Positions 1 to 10,193 are shown, numbered from the stretch's first letter. The stretch: DNA of 64,000 nucleotides from Spirochaetia bacterium (GCA_963675665.1 OY776510.1:1408001-1472000), one strand, 5' to 3'. The notes: generated from the sequence alone by a model not told the origin. Program-made: numbers and translations.

Positions 1-37
1 AATAATAACAGATACTATTTTATTGATGGAGAAAAGT

Positions 38-910
38 ATGAAAAGAAAAACATTTATTATTTTAACGGCGTTGGTTCTGCTTCTATTACTGACTTCCTGT
101 CCGTCGCCCCCTTCGATTATGGGCGGAAGGGTATTGATGATGGGAGATCATTTTATGTTTGATCAATTCTATGATTACGGGTATCAAGCCTGGTATCTGA
201 ATTCCGACGGGACCTATGAGCGGATAGGCAAGGACTGGGACGCTGCTGCTGACGAGTATGTGCAGCAATGGGGCACCAAAGGCACCTACACCTACGATAA
301 ACAAACCTGTCTTCTGACCATATCGCCTGCAGAAGGATGGGGCTGGGGAGGCGACGAAGAATACGCGGTTATTGCCGATCTGTATGAGGAACAGGCTCCG
401 GAGATCGATTCATGGACCATGACACGTTCCTTTTCATATTATTTTACCGACAACGGAATGTATGAAGCGTACATGGCGCAGCCGGACGGAAGCTGGACCT
501 ATACGGAATTTTATTCATCGAAAGAAACCGAGGACGGGACCGAAACCGAGTATAATGACTGGTATACAAGAACCTATGACATCAGCAGTACGGAACTGAA
601 GTATACTGAACTCAATACCTATAAGGACCGGGACGACACAACTGTAACGAACGAAGAGCGCTACCGCGAAGAAGGCATGGTGCGCAGAATGGCTCCGACC
701 GATATAGAGTGGAAAGCAGGTGAAGTTGTGACTTTCTATTATGGGCCTGAAACAAGAGTAGAAGAAGTCTGGAATTCAACAACTGATGCATGGGATATTA
801 CCTGGGACGGTTCCGACAGTACTTCCAATTGGGACAGAACGTTTGTCCATCTCGGTGATTTTGTTCTCAGGGTTGAGTCCGCGTCTTCAAAAGACCTGAT
901 TATCGAGTAG
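38..910 (+). CDS. Hypothetical acidic, Trp/Tyr/Thr-rich lipoprotein
   Basis: MKRK + hydrophobic stretch + LTSC lipobox; GGAG upstream of ATG 38; no recognisable family. Confidence 0.75.
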   Translation: MKRKTFIILTALVLLLLLTSCPSPPSIMGGRVLMMGDHFMFDQFYDYGYQAWYLNSDGTYERIGKDWDAAADEYVQQWGTKGTYTYDKQTCLLTISPAEGWGWGGDEEYAVIADLYEEQAPEIDSWTMTRSFSYYFTDNGMYEAYMAQPDGSWTYTEFYSSKETEDGTETEYNDWYTRTYDISSTELKYTELNTYKDRDDTTVTNEERYREEGMVRRMAPTDIEWKAGEVVTFYYGPETRVEEVWNSTTDAWDITWDGSDSTSNWDRTFVHLGDFVLRVESASSKDLIIE

Positions 911-933
911 TCAACAGAAAGAAGATATTATAT

Positions 934-974
934 GGTCGGGAGTCGGGTTCCAAACCCTGTTCCCGGCTTTTTTT
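934..974 (+). terminator. Rho-independent terminator
   Basis: GGTCGGGAGTCGGGTT-CCA-AACCCTGTTCCCGGC followed by a T run. Confidence 0.75.
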
Positions 975-989
975 GGGTTAAGGTTCAGC

Positions 990-1403
990 TTATTCGGAGG
1001 GTTTTTCCGGGAGCTGCTCGACAGCATTTCCTTCTATGATATCAATAAGTTTTTTCGCCAGAACTTCCGGCCACGCAGGCAGAATTTCGGCTTCGGGTCG
1101 GCTGTATTTTTCCAGAATACCGTTAAACAGTCTGAGTGCAGTTTCATGATCATCCATTTTGTAGTAAAGCAATGCTATTTCGTATTCTGCTTCAATGATT
1201 AAAAGCGGTTTGTCGGGATACCGTTCAATAAACGTATTGTAATACAGCAAGGCTCTCTCGTAATTTTTATAGTCTGTTGCTTCAGATTGTGCTTCCTGAA
1301 AAAACTCTCCCGGGGTCAAATTGTCGGGGATTTCGGTATCAGTGGTCTGGCAGGCTGAATATAACAATACAGCCAAAATTATAACTGCGAAAATTCTTTT
1401 CAT
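990..1403 (-). CDS. Small TPR lipoprotein, BamD/YfiO-like
   Basis: YSAC lipobox; TPR-like helices (NYERALLYYNTFIERYP, AEYEIALLYYK). Confidence 0.7.
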   Translation of the reverse strand: MKRIFAVIILAVLLYSACQTTDTEIPDNLTPGEFFQEAQSEATDYKNYERALLYYNTFIERYPDKPLLIIEAEYEIALLYYKMDDHETALRLFNGILEKYSRPEAEILPAWPEVLAKKLIDIIEGNAVEQLPEKPSE

Positions 1404-1418
1404 GCGGGTATTCTAAGA

Positions 1419-1751
1419 TTAATTGGAGCCTGTGTAAACCTCATCCTTTATCGGCAGGGTTTTTTTAAGTTCCTTAATAAACTCGCGAGGATCTCCCATT
1501 GGTTCATAATAAGGACATGACTCAGGACTTCTGCGGGCAACAGTGAAGTATTTATAGATCTTTTCCTCACCGAGTTTCTTTTTCCACATGCCTGCATCGC
1601 ATCTTACTCTGAGAGTATACTGGCTTCCCGAACCGGTTTTTGATCTGATAAGTTTGCAGTGGACACAGTTGGCACAGTAGATTTTGTGGCTTGATAACTC
1701 AGCTATTGAGTCATTGGTGCTGAATACTTCTGCTGTCTGAGCGGTACTCAT
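1419..1751 (-). CDS. Small Cys-rich hypothetical protein (possible metal binding)
   Basis: CANCVHC...RVRC...SCPYY; GGAGG before ATG 1751. Confidence 0.7.
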   Translation of the reverse strand: MSTAQTAEVFSTNDSIAELSSHKIYCANCVHCKLIRSKTGSGSQYTLRVRCDAGMWKKKLGEEKIYKYFTVARRSPESCPYYEPMGDPREFIKELKKTLPIKDEVYTGSN

Positions 1752-1874
1752 GGAATTCCTCCATTTTTTATTAATTATCATTTATTAATCGACGCTTTTA
1801 CGCATATTATTTAGGGTTCACTACACTAAATATCGATATTAACATTATAACACAAAAAATATATAATTGATCAT

Positions 1875-2582
1875 ATGATTGCAACTATTGTTAATTGTAT
1901 CACAGTCTTCATCGGATCGCTCCTTGGTGTTAAACTCACGGCCCGAATTAACGAAAAACTAAAGGATGTTCTGTTTATTTGTATCGGAATAATTTCGCTG
2001 GTTATAGGAATAAGGATGTGTTTTGAATTTACCAAAACGCTCTATGTTGTTATTTCGCTGACCATAGGCGGATTAATTGGATATCTTTTTGATATTGATT
2101 CAGCCATTCTGCGTTTCGGGAGTTTTCTTGAGAGGCATACAAGCAGAAAGGACAAAGACGACGAAAGCAGTTTTGCTCACGGGTTTTTAAACGCTTCCGT
2201 ATTGTTTTGCGTTGGAGCAATGACCATAGTCGGTTCAATCCGGGCCGGAGCAGCCCGGGATTATGAGCTGCTGCTGACAAAATCCGTAATGGACGGAATA
2301 TCTTCGGTAATCTTTGCCGCAGGCATGGGTATAGGCGTTGCTTTTTCAATTATTTCCATTCTGGTAATACAGGGCGGACTGACGCTGCTTGCCATGGCAG
2401 TCGGCGATTTTATTCCGGCCCTCGTTATATCCGAGATTTCCGGGCTTGGCGGTATTCTGATTATCATGATCGGGCTGAATCTGCTGAAACTGAAAGAGAT
2501 TAAGACTGCCAATTTCCTTCCGTCGCTGTTAATTGTCGGAATTCTGGCCGCAATCGATCCCTGGCTGCCGTTCAACATATAA
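1875..2582 (+). CDS. DUF554 (YdfK/YqgA-like) membrane protein
   Basis: TIVNCITV, LFCVGAMTIVGS, LLTKSVMDG, NFLPSL motifs. Confidence 0.9.
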   Translation: MIATIVNCITVFIGSLLGVKLTARINEKLKDVLFICIGIISLVIGIRMCFEFTKTLYVVISLTIGGLIGYLFDIDSAILRFGSFLERHTSRKDKDDESSFAHGFLNASVLFCVGAMTIVGSIRAGAARDYELLLTKSVMDGISSVIFAAGMGIGVAFSIISILVIQGGLTLLAMAVGDFIPALVISEISGLGGILIIMIGLNLLKLKEIKTANFLPSLLIVGILAAIDPWLPFNI

Positions 2583-2616
2583 AAAAAAGGGCGGATCTGA
2601 ACGATCGGCCCTTTTT
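2581..2616. terminator. Bidirectional terminator
   Basis: A8-GGGCGGATC-TGAAC-GATCGGCCC-T5 between convergent genes. Confidence 0.85.
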
Positions 2617-2633
2617 AATCTTAATAATGTCGA

Positions 2634-3959
2634 TTAATCAGCGAATTCTTCATGTTCGTCGACAATGGCTATGTGTACGGGCTTGCCGTTGACGCCCTCA
2701 AGTTGTTCAATTCGGGCTACGGCATCCCTGATATTACCTTCTTTTGTGCAATAAGTAGTAATTACTATGGGAACAGCTGAATGGCTGCCCGATGTAGGTT
2801 CTTTCTGAAGAGCGGATGCAATGCTGATATTTCGTTCAGCAAGAATGGCGGAAAGTTTACTGAGCATTCCCGGCTCGTCTTTCACCATTGCGCGCATATA
2901 GTATTTGCTCTCGTATTCTTCTACGGGAAGCTGAACGACATTCCCGGTTTTGTCCGGCCATATGTTCATCGTGTCGAACTGGATTTTTGTAATTCCCATG
3001 GCGGCCGAAATAATATCAGCAACAACCGCTGATGCTGTAGGCGAACCGCCCGCGCCGCGACCGTAATACATGGTATGACCGACGCTGCTGCCGTAAACAC
3101 TGACAGCGTTAAAAGGTCCGCTTACCCATGCAAGCGGGTGCTCTTTTGATATAAACGCCGGCGCAACCCTCAGGCTGATGCCGTTTTCCTTTCGCTGTGC
3201 TATTGCAAGCAGTTTTACAATATACCCAAGTTCTGCACCGTATTTTACATCCGTCAGATCCAGAGAGTCGATACCCTGGATTGAAAGTTTGTCGTATTCA
3301 ATATGCCTGCCGAATGAAAGCGCGGCCATGATTGCAAGCTTGTGAGATGAATCTCCGCCTGTTACGTCAAGGGTCGGATCTGCTTCAGCGAGGCCGTCTC
3401 TCTGGGCTTCGGAAAGAGCATCGGCGTAACTCTGGCCTTTCTGTGTCATTTCGGTAAGGATGTAATTGCAGGTTCCGTTTACTATACCGTAGAACGCGTC
3501 AATACGGTTTGCGGAAAGGCCGTCGCAGAGCGCTCTGATAATCGGAATGCCGCCACCGCATGAAGCTTCAAATCCTATTGCTGTATTATTCGAGCGGGCT
3601 GTTGCCATAAGCGACGGACCGTGAATAGCCAGAAGCGCCTTGTTGGCTGTAACCACCTGCCTTCCGGATTTCAGGATTTTTTCCGTTATGTCTTTTGCAA
3701 TTGTAGTGCCGCCTATTGTTTCCACGCATATTGTGATTTCCGGATCGGCAAGGACTTTATCCAGATCTGTTTCGAAAAATGACGAATCTATTCCCATCTG
3801 CTGAGCCTTGCTGAAGTTGACATCAACGATATACTTGAGATTAAGCTCAAGCCCGGTTCTGCTTTTCAGCAGTTCCTTATCGTTGATCAATAACCTGGCA
3901 GTTGCGCCGCCGACGATGCCGCAGCCTACTACCGCAACGCCGATTTTCTTTGTTGACAT
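2634..3959 (-). CDS. hom: Homoserine dehydrogenase with C-terminal ACT domain
   Basis: GCGIVG, VVTANKALLA, GIVNGTCNYIL, AEADPTLDV, GRGAGGSPTASAV; AGGAG RBS before ATG 3959. Confidence 0.95.
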   Translation of the reverse strand: MSTKKIGVAVVGCGIVGGATARLLINDKELLKSRTGLELNLKYIVDVNFSKAQQMGIDSSFFETDLDKVLADPEITICVETIGGTTIAKDITEKILKSGRQVVTANKALLAIHGPSLMATARSNNTAIGFEASCGGGIPIIRALCDGLSANRIDAFYGIVNGTCNYILTEMTQKGQSYADALSEAQRDGLAEADPTLDVTGGDSSHKLAIMAALSFGRHIEYDKLSIQGIDSLDLTDVKYGAELGYIVKLLAIAQRKENGISLRVAPAFISKEHPLAWVSGPFNAVSVYGSSVGHTMYYGRGAGGSPTASAVVADIISAAMGITKIQFDTMNIWPDKTGNVVQLPVEEYESKYYMRAMVKDEPGMLSKLSAILAERNISIASALQKEPTSGSHSAVPIVITTYCTKEGNIRDAVARIEQLEGVNGKPVHIAIVDEHEEFAD

Positions 3960-4072
3960 TGAATTCTCCTGAATTATTAAAGAGGTATAACTCTCATATT
4001 TTGTCAAATCCTAGCCGGATGATTCTTTTTAGTCAAGAGAAGCAACTCATAAAGTGATAAGTCAGTGAATCA

Positions 4073-5569
4073 TTATTTTATAAATTCCAGAAATTTTCGT
4101 ACCAGTTCTTCATTCTGGTTCGGCACGACAACCGTTGAACCCTTCACCAGCGAATGGAGAGTTTTCGTATTCATAATAACATCAGCAAGATGGTTGAAGG
4201 ATTCGGATAATGCCGTGGGCGGAATCTTTTTATCAAGAGATTTTAATAAATTTGAAAGCCTGGCAAGTCTGAAAGAGGTTATCATTTGGGAGGTTGTAAG
4301 GCTTCTGTTCCAGGGCCATGCGGCGCTTCCCGCACAAAGTCCGGGATGAAAATTATTCATGACCTCCGGTTTAAAACCCGGAAGCCCCGGGACCGGGTAG
4401 AACAGTGAGATGCCCGTAAGCGTTGGAAGCCGGTGAAGTGTAAGCAGGTTATCCAGAACGGTTTCCGGTGATTCTCCTTCAAGGCCGCAGATGAAATATG
4501 TTGTTGATGTCGCTCCTCCCGCGGTTACTGCTTCCACAACGGTGTTCAGTCTGTCGGGAGAGTTTTTACGGTTTTCTTTATCAAGCAGCCCCTGGCTGCT
4601 TGATGCCATGGACAGGTTGAATGATCCGAAACCGTAATTAATCAGCCTGTCGACAAGCTTTACGTCAAGCAGCGTATAATCAAGCCCGTTCTCGGCGGAA
4701 AATTCGGCATTGGGAAACCTTTCTTTTATAATATCAAGAACCTCAAAAAAATATTCCGCTGCAAACAGAAGGTTGTCATCTTCAAAATTGACATGAACAT
4801 TTAAATCGCCGGGAATATTTTCGATACCGCGCCTGATATCATCAAGCCGGCATTTCCGAAATACACGTCCGTGAACAAGATGGTTCGAACAGAACCGGCA
4901 TGATTTTGGACAGCCTCGGGTCAGCATCGTTGAGATGTATCTTATGCCTTTACGCCGGGAAATGCCGGTCTCGTTCCAGCTGAAAACAGGTTCATCTGAA
5001 ACAGGGGGGTCTGCAGCCGCAAAGAAGCCGGGAATAACAGTCTCGGCCTCTCCCGGCAGAACATAATCAATGAAGGCTGCATTAGAGCTGTTCCTGAAAA
5101 AGTCCGGGTTGACTGTCACGCCGGCGCCGCCGGCGATTACAGGTGTTCGGGGCATAAGCTGTTTAACTGCTGCAGCCAGGCTGATTGTCCCGGCTGCGTA
5201 GGCCCATGCGAAGCAGGATATGAATACGTATTCGGGGGGAAACGATGCTATTATTTCAGCGCATTCGGCGTACGACGGGCCGTAGCGGTGCCAGCCGGTG
5301 AAAAACGCCAGGGGGCTGCTTTCGCCGGGAATGATGTGCGGTCTCAGATGCTCAAGTTCGTGCGGCAGCTGCAGATTAGCAGGTTTTCTTTTCATTCCGG
5401 GAAAATTGAGCACCAGCGAATTTATTCCCAGCCTGTCGAGAACAATCTGTAGCGACGACGCGCCAAGCGCCGATGCGCGCGAGGGGGTGAAGTAAAAGTC
5501 CTCGACCGGCGGAACAGCAATCAGGGCTTTATATTTGCGGTTTATTTTTTCTGTTCCTGAAGTGTCCAT
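4073..5569 (-). CDS. B12-binding domain radical SAM protein
   Basis: TRGCPKSCRFC, IAGGAG, GEAE, FEDDN; start uncertain (M17 of the 514-aa ORF chosen). Confidence 0.8.
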   Translation of the reverse strand: MDTSGTEKINRKYKALIAVPPVEDFYFTPSRASALGASSLQIVLDRLGINSLVLNFPGMKRKPANLQLPHELEHLRPHIIPGESSPLAFFTGWHRYGPSYAECAEIIASFPPEYVFISCFAWAYAAGTISLAAAVKQLMPRTPVIAGGAGVTVNPDFFRNSSNAAFIDYVLPGEAETVIPGFFAAADPPVSDEPVFSWNETGISRRKGIRYISTMLTRGCPKSCRFCSNHLVHGRVFRKCRLDDIRRGIENIPGDLNVHVNFEDDNLLFAAEYFFEVLDIIKERFPNAEFSAENGLDYTLLDVKLVDRLINYGFGSFNLSMASSSQGLLDKENRKNSPDRLNTVVEAVTAGGATSTTYFICGLEGESPETVLDNLLTLHRLPTLTGISLFYPVPGLPGFKPEVMNNFHPGLCAGSAAWPWNRSLTTSQMITSFRLARLSNLLKSLDKKIPPTALSESFNHLADVIMNTKTLHSLVKGSTVVVPNQNEELVRKFLEFIK

Positions 5570-6780
5570 GTTTTTAACAGGTCCGGCAGATTCATGGATT
5601 CGGGGTCTTCTGCGCACTGATTGGCAAGCCAGGGAATTATTACGTCATTTCTGATTGACATCCAGTCGGCAGGAAGATTTTCAGGAAACGCCAGATAATC
5701 ATTCGGGGGAATATTCCCTATCAGGACCGGATAAAACTCAGGCATAACAAGCTCGTTCACACTTTGAACTGAAGAAAGTCCGTTGCAAATGCCGAAGCTG
5801 CGGGTCCGCTTAAACTGGGATGCCTCAAGCAGCGATTTCTGGGTTTTTTCATTAAACAGCCATATGATGAATTCCAGAGCCGCTTTTTTTTTGTCCGACT
5901 TTTCAGGTATTCCAATATAGACTATGTCTTCACATACGGGAATTGAAGACTCGCTTCCAAGCCATTTAAACTCGAGTGTAGAGCGATCGTTGGCCGGAAT
6001 TGTGAAGAACTCTCTCAGGGTAGTATAATAATAGCCGATTCTTCCGGCATTGAGCAGTTTGTAACCCGGATCATAACAGTATGTAAGGGTAAAATCCTGT
6101 TCTTCCTGAAGACCGGAATTTATGTTTTCAGTCCAGTCCCTGCAGAATTCAACCGAAGCTGCGAGCTGCGTATCATTCCAGATCAGGCTTCCGTCTGCCG
6201 CTTCGGAAAAATCGCTTCCGTTGATAAAAGCGTTATACAGCATGAAGTCAGGCGTCCAGGATGGGGCAAAACCTTTTACCCTGAAACTGTCGGTGCTGGA
6301 TTCGTTAAAAAGTTCTGCTTCCGCTTTCAGTTTTTCGGGAGAAATCGTCAATCCCGGGTTTTCTTCAGACAAACTGCCTCTTTTGTACATTATAGCCGGA
6401 ATGTTGAATGAAACCGGAAGAACCAGGGTCTCTGTTCTTTTACCGAGATCACAGAGATCGGAATACAGGATCTCTGTATTAATCAGCCCGTCTTCCATTG
6501 CTTTGTCGAAAGGATGGAACGCTGTGATGACAGAATTTGACGCCAGAGCTTCCGCAAGTACGATGTCGGGAGCCCCGTCGGATACAAGCTTCTGGTAATC
6601 GCCCGGATTTTCAGCATAAACCAATTCGATACGGTAATCCGATTGGGACGCATTATACAGTTCTATATATGCCGCTGCTTCAGGAATATCCGTCCAGAGA
6701 ATAACTGTTTTCTGTTCAATCAGGAAACATCCGGTAAGAAGCGGCAGAACAAACATGGCCGCAAAAATTATCTTCCTCAT
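5542..6780 (-). CDS. Extracellular solute-binding lipoprotein (family 1-like)
   Basis: LTGC lipobox, PDIV, LPVSFNIPAIMY, AALEFIIWL. Confidence 0.75.
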   Translation of the reverse strand: MRKIIFAAMFVLPLLTGCFLIEQKTVILWTDIPEAAAYIELYNASQSDYRIELVYAENPGDYQKLVSDGAPDIVLAEALASNSVITAFHPFDKAMEDGLINTEILYSDLCDLGKRTETLVLPVSFNIPAIMYKRGSLSEENPGLTISPEKLKAEAELFNESSTDSFRVKGFAPSWTPDFMLYNAFINGSDFSEAADGSLIWNDTQLAASVEFCRDWTENINSGLQEEQDFTLTYCYDPGYKLLNAGRIGYYYTTLREFFTIPANDRSTLEFKWLGSESSIPVCEDIVYIGIPEKSDKKKAALEFIIWLFNEKTQKSLLEASQFKRTRSFGICNGLSSVQSVNELVMPEFYPVLIGNIPPNDYLAFPENLPADWMSIRNDVIIPWLANQCAEDPESMNLPDLLKTWTLQEQKK

Positions 6781-6788
6781 ATAAAATG

Positions 6789-6839
6789 AATTTAAGGGTA
6801 TGGCTGCGGGTTGTCAATCCCGCAGGTTATCAGGATAAT
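6789..6839. promoter_or_regulatory. Overlapping divergent sigma70 promoters
   Basis: +: TTGTCA(6811)-17-GATAAT(6834); -: TTGACA(6817-6812)-17-TAAATT(6794-6789). Confidence 0.6.
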
Positions 6840-6845
6840 AATGCT

Positions 6846-7811
6846 GTGGAAAGAAATCCTTTTATTTCATACGGTAATTATCTCAGAGAGCTCTATGGGT
6901 CCCCGGCCTTCAGAGTCGGAATTGATGCCGGTTTTTCCTGTCCGAACCGGGAAAACGGCCGCAACAGTCCGGGCTGCTCATACTGTGATGCTTTCGGGGC
7001 CCGTGCCATGTATCAGCGAACCGAAGGAGCTTTTTCCGATTGTGTTGATGATGATTTGAAACATGATATAGCTCTTCAGACGGAAAAGGCGGTAAGGTTT
7101 TTAAAAAAACGATACAGGGCCGAAATATTTCTCCTTTACCTTCAGGCTTTTTCCGGAACACATGACAGTTCTTCACGACTGAAAGCTGTGTATGATTATG
7201 CGCTTTCACTTCATCAGTACCGGGAACTGATAGTGTCCACCAGACCGGACTGCATTGACCATGAACGGGCTGAACTGCTGGCTTCTTACCGTGAAAGGGG
7301 GCTTGATGTCTGGGTAGAACTGGGGTTGCAGTCGGCGCACGACAAAACTCTTGAAAGCGTCAACAGGGGGCATACGGTAAAGGATTTTGACACGGCATAT
7401 AAATTACTGAAGGAATACGGGGTAAAAACAGCGGTTCATCTGATTTTCGGACTTCCGGGAGAAGGAGCGGAAGAAATTGCTGAAACATGCCGTTATGTAG
7501 CATCGATAAAACCCGACGGCGTAAAGTTTCATAACCTGCATATACCAACCAATTCGCCGATGTATGAAGAATACAGAAAAGGACTTGTCGGGGCTCCTTC
7601 AACCGAAGAGCATCTTGAATATGTAATATCCGCAATCGAAATGATGCCTGAATCTACAGTGATAATGCGGCTTACCTGTGACAGCCGGAAAGAAGACATA
7701 GCAGCCCCGGCTGATTTTATAAAAAAAACGGAATTCTACAATCTGGTAAGAACGGAGATGATAAAAAGAGGTACATTTCAGGGGCGACTTTATAATGAAA
7801 TTCTGTTATAA
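6846..7811 (+). CDS. TIGR01212 / YhcC family radical SAM protein
   Basis: IDAGFSCPNRE..GCSYC, STRPDC, VELGLQS, HLIFGLPGE; GTG 6846 preferred as start. Confidence 0.9.
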   Translation: MERNPFISYGNYLRELYGSPAFRVGIDAGFSCPNRENGRNSPGCSYCDAFGARAMYQRTEGAFSDCVDDDLKHDIALQTEKAVRFLKKRYRAEIFLLYLQAFSGTHDSSSRLKAVYDYALSLHQYRELIVSTRPDCIDHERAELLASYRERGLDVWVELGLQSAHDKTLESVNRGHTVKDFDTAYKLLKEYGVKTAVHLIFGLPGEGAEEIAETCRYVASIKPDGVKFHNLHIPTNSPMYEEYRKGLVGAPSTEEHLEYVISAIEMMPESTVIMRLTCDSRKEDIAAPADFIKKTEFYNLVRTEMIKRGTFQGRLYNEILL

Positions 7812-7854
7812 TTAGTGGAATTCTGGCCCTTGTGTAGATTAAAACGGAGATGTC

Positions 7855-8337
7855 ATGTCAGTAAAGAATACACAAATTTTCAGCATAATAGATCGAATAA
7901 GTGAACATTATCATCAAAACATTGCAAACAGATATATTCGAAAGGCGTTCACTGAACTAACGATTGAGAAGGGTGCATGGGAGAAAATAGAACGCCTGAC
8001 TGATTCTTCCGAGTATACCCGGCTTCAGGGATATAGTTTTAATGAGTTGTACGACAGTATTTACGCACTGGCGGTTTTTATCAGGAAGCTCAGAAATGAT
8101 GTGGCGCCCAATCTCAGGTTTATGCTGGGGCATGCCCGCCCGACCGGGAATGAAAAGCTGCTGATGGATATGGCAATTATTAATTTCAACGACAATCTGG
8201 GACTTTTTGCTGATATGGTCAATGAGCTTTATCTGAAAACGATTGAACTTGATCGGAATGAAGCCCGGGGACGGGCCCCGATTTATACAAAGCTGCCTGA
8301 ACTAAACGAAGTAGGAAAGATGCTTGTAGGGATGTAA
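7855..8337 (+). CDS. Hypothetical helical protein
   Basis: 160-aa ORF with GGAG RBS, followed by a terminator. Confidence 0.7.
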   Translation: MSVKNTQIFSIIDRISEHYHQNIANRYIRKAFTELTIEKGAWEKIERLTDSSEYTRLQGYSFNELYDSIYALAVFIRKLRNDVAPNLRFMLGHARPTGNEKLLMDMAIINFNDNLGLFADMVNELYLKTIELDRNEARGRAPIYTKLPELNEVGKMLVGM

Positions 8338-8349
8338 CAGGATTGATAT

Positions 8350-8389
8350 AAAAAAAGCCCGTAAACCGTCAGATTTACGGGCTTTTTTT
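8350..8389. terminator. Bidirectional terminator
   Basis: A7-GCCCGTAAA-CCGTCAGA-TTTACGGGC-T7. Confidence 0.9.
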
Positions 8390-8413
8390 ATTACGGTTAT
8401 ATTTCAGCTTCTT

Positions 8414-9709
8414 TTAATACTTGATTTCAGCTGCTGCCTTGTATATCCTGTCGTACAGATCTTCAAGGTTCTCAATATCTACTGAAGAAAATGCAACCCT
8501 GAGATATTTATCCTGGATAGAGATTGTTCCTATGCCGTCCTCTTCAAGGAGTTTCTTCCTAAGTTCTTCCGCCGAACCTTTTTTGAGAATATAACTCATG
8601 AAATAACCTGAGTTAAATGTCAGCGGAAGCAGAACCGGATCGTCGCTATGCTTTGCAAGGATCTCCCTTATTTTTATATAACGTTCCTTCAGCTCAGCTT
8701 CATAGGCGGCCTTCTGACTGTTGTATTCCGGGTTCTGCATGGCCTTAAGAAGAAGGCTCTGTGCAGGGCGCGAACAATTTGAGATTGAGCATCTGATTGA
8801 AGCGCCTGTCTTGGTTTCAAGAACCTTGTACTGTTCTGCAGTCATCCCCTTCGATCCGAAAGTGAGAAATCCGACTCTGAATCCCCAGGCAAAATGCTCT
8901 TTTGTTGCCCCGTCGGCTTTTACTGCCAGAATGTTTTCATGTGCTGAACAGAGTTCGTTGAAAAGCGAATGTTTATAAGTATTTTCTTCGTAGAACAGAC
9001 CGAAATATGCATCGTCGGTTATAACCAGCAGTTTATATCCTTCATCAGCAACTGAAACAAGAGCATTTCTCAGGGCAGACGCTTCATCTTTGGTTGGAGA
9101 ATAACCTGTAGGGTTGTTGGGAAAATTTACAATTACAACGGCTTTTTTATTTACAGCCGATTCTTTTATTGTTTTTACAAAACCCTCGATGTTAAGACCC
9201 ATACTCTGAGTATAAAACGGAAAAGAAGCAATAGAAGCTTTTACTCTTTCTTCAATCATAAGCCGATAGTTTCCCCAGAACATATCCGGTACTATCACTG
9301 ACTCTCCTTCATTAACGAATAATTCGATTAGAAGAAAGATTCCATGAGTAAGTCCCGATGTTACAACCGGATTTGAAATTTTGTCTGGATCAACATCGGG
9401 ATTTTTTCGGACAATATCATTCTTCCAGAGTTTGACAAGTGCAGGGTCGCCTCCTGTCGGAGCGTAGGTTACAGCCTCGGAAGGTTTGAGTTCCGGAATA
9501 AGATCTCTCAGTGAAGCAAGCTCTACAGCCTGTCCCCGGCTCATAGCCATGCCTACTGTGGCGTTGTAGGTTGTGGCCTTTTCTTTTGCTTCTGCAGATT
9601 GTGATACAATCCCCTTTGGGAAATATATCCTTTTTCCATAATCAGAGAGCAGCTCGTAAGCTGTGGTTCCTGAAATTATATTGTTCAAATCAACGGCTAA
9701 TTTGTTCAT
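8414..9709 (-). CDS. Class I/II PLP-dependent aminotransferase
   Basis: NFPNNPTGY, TDDAYFG, DGATKEHFAWGFRVG (PLP Lys), LRVAFS. Confidence 0.9.
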   Translation of the reverse strand: MNKLAVDLNNIISGTTAYELLSDYGKRIYFPKGIVSQSAEAKEKATTYNATVGMAMSRGQAVELASLRDLIPELKPSEAVTYAPTGGDPALVKLWKNDIVRKNPDVDPDKISNPVVTSGLTHGIFLLIELFVNEGESVIVPDMFWGNYRLMIEERVKASIASFPFYTQSMGLNIEGFVKTIKESAVNKKAVVIVNFPNNPTGYSPTKDEASALRNALVSVADEGYKLLVITDDAYFGLFYEENTYKHSLFNELCSAHENILAVKADGATKEHFAWGFRVGFLTFGSKGMTAEQYKVLETKTGASIRCSISNCSRPAQSLLLKAMQNPEYNSQKAAYEAELKERYIKIREILAKHSDDPVLLPLTFNSGYFMSYILKKGSAEELRKKLLEEDGIGTISIQDKYLRVAFSSVDIENLEDLYDRIYKAAAEIKY

Positions 9710-9794
9710 GTGCTGAGAATAACTTTCCTAATTTAATTTGTCAAGATTTGGAGCCATTGACCCCGTTGCACATATACATTATTTTTCATATAAA

Positions 9795-10145
9795 ATGGAA
9801 AAAAGAAAAATTTCACTTATAGCCTTTTTTGTTCTTCTTGTTACGCTCACCGTTTTTATGCTTATACCTTCTCCCCCGACCGTTTTCCCGAAGATCCGTT
9901 TCCTTGACAAGGTTGAACATTTCAGTGCGTTTTTTATTCTGACTTCATTGCTGCTGGTTTATTCCGGAGGTATAAGTCTGAAAAAAAGGCGATTCAATCT
10001 GATATTCCCTTCAATGCTGATATGTTACGGGATTTTAATTGAATTTCTTCAGGGATTAACGGGTCGAAGCATAGAGGTTTCAGATGTTATTGCCGATGTT
10101 ATTGGTATAGCATTCGGATGCATTCTTTCGCTTTTTTTTCTGTGA
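9795..10145 (+). CDS. VanZ family membrane protein
   Basis: DKVEHF, GILIEFLQ...GRS...DVIADVIG. Confidence 0.85.
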   Translation: MEKRKISLIAFFVLLVTLTVFMLIPSPPTVFPKIRFLDKVEHFSAFFILTSLLLVYSGGISLKKRRFNLIFPSMLICYGILIEFLQGLTGRSIEVSDVIADVIGIAFGCILSLFFL

Positions 10146-10193
10146 TTGACATGAGTCTGTTTTTAAAATAACATTATATCCGAGGGTAATTTA

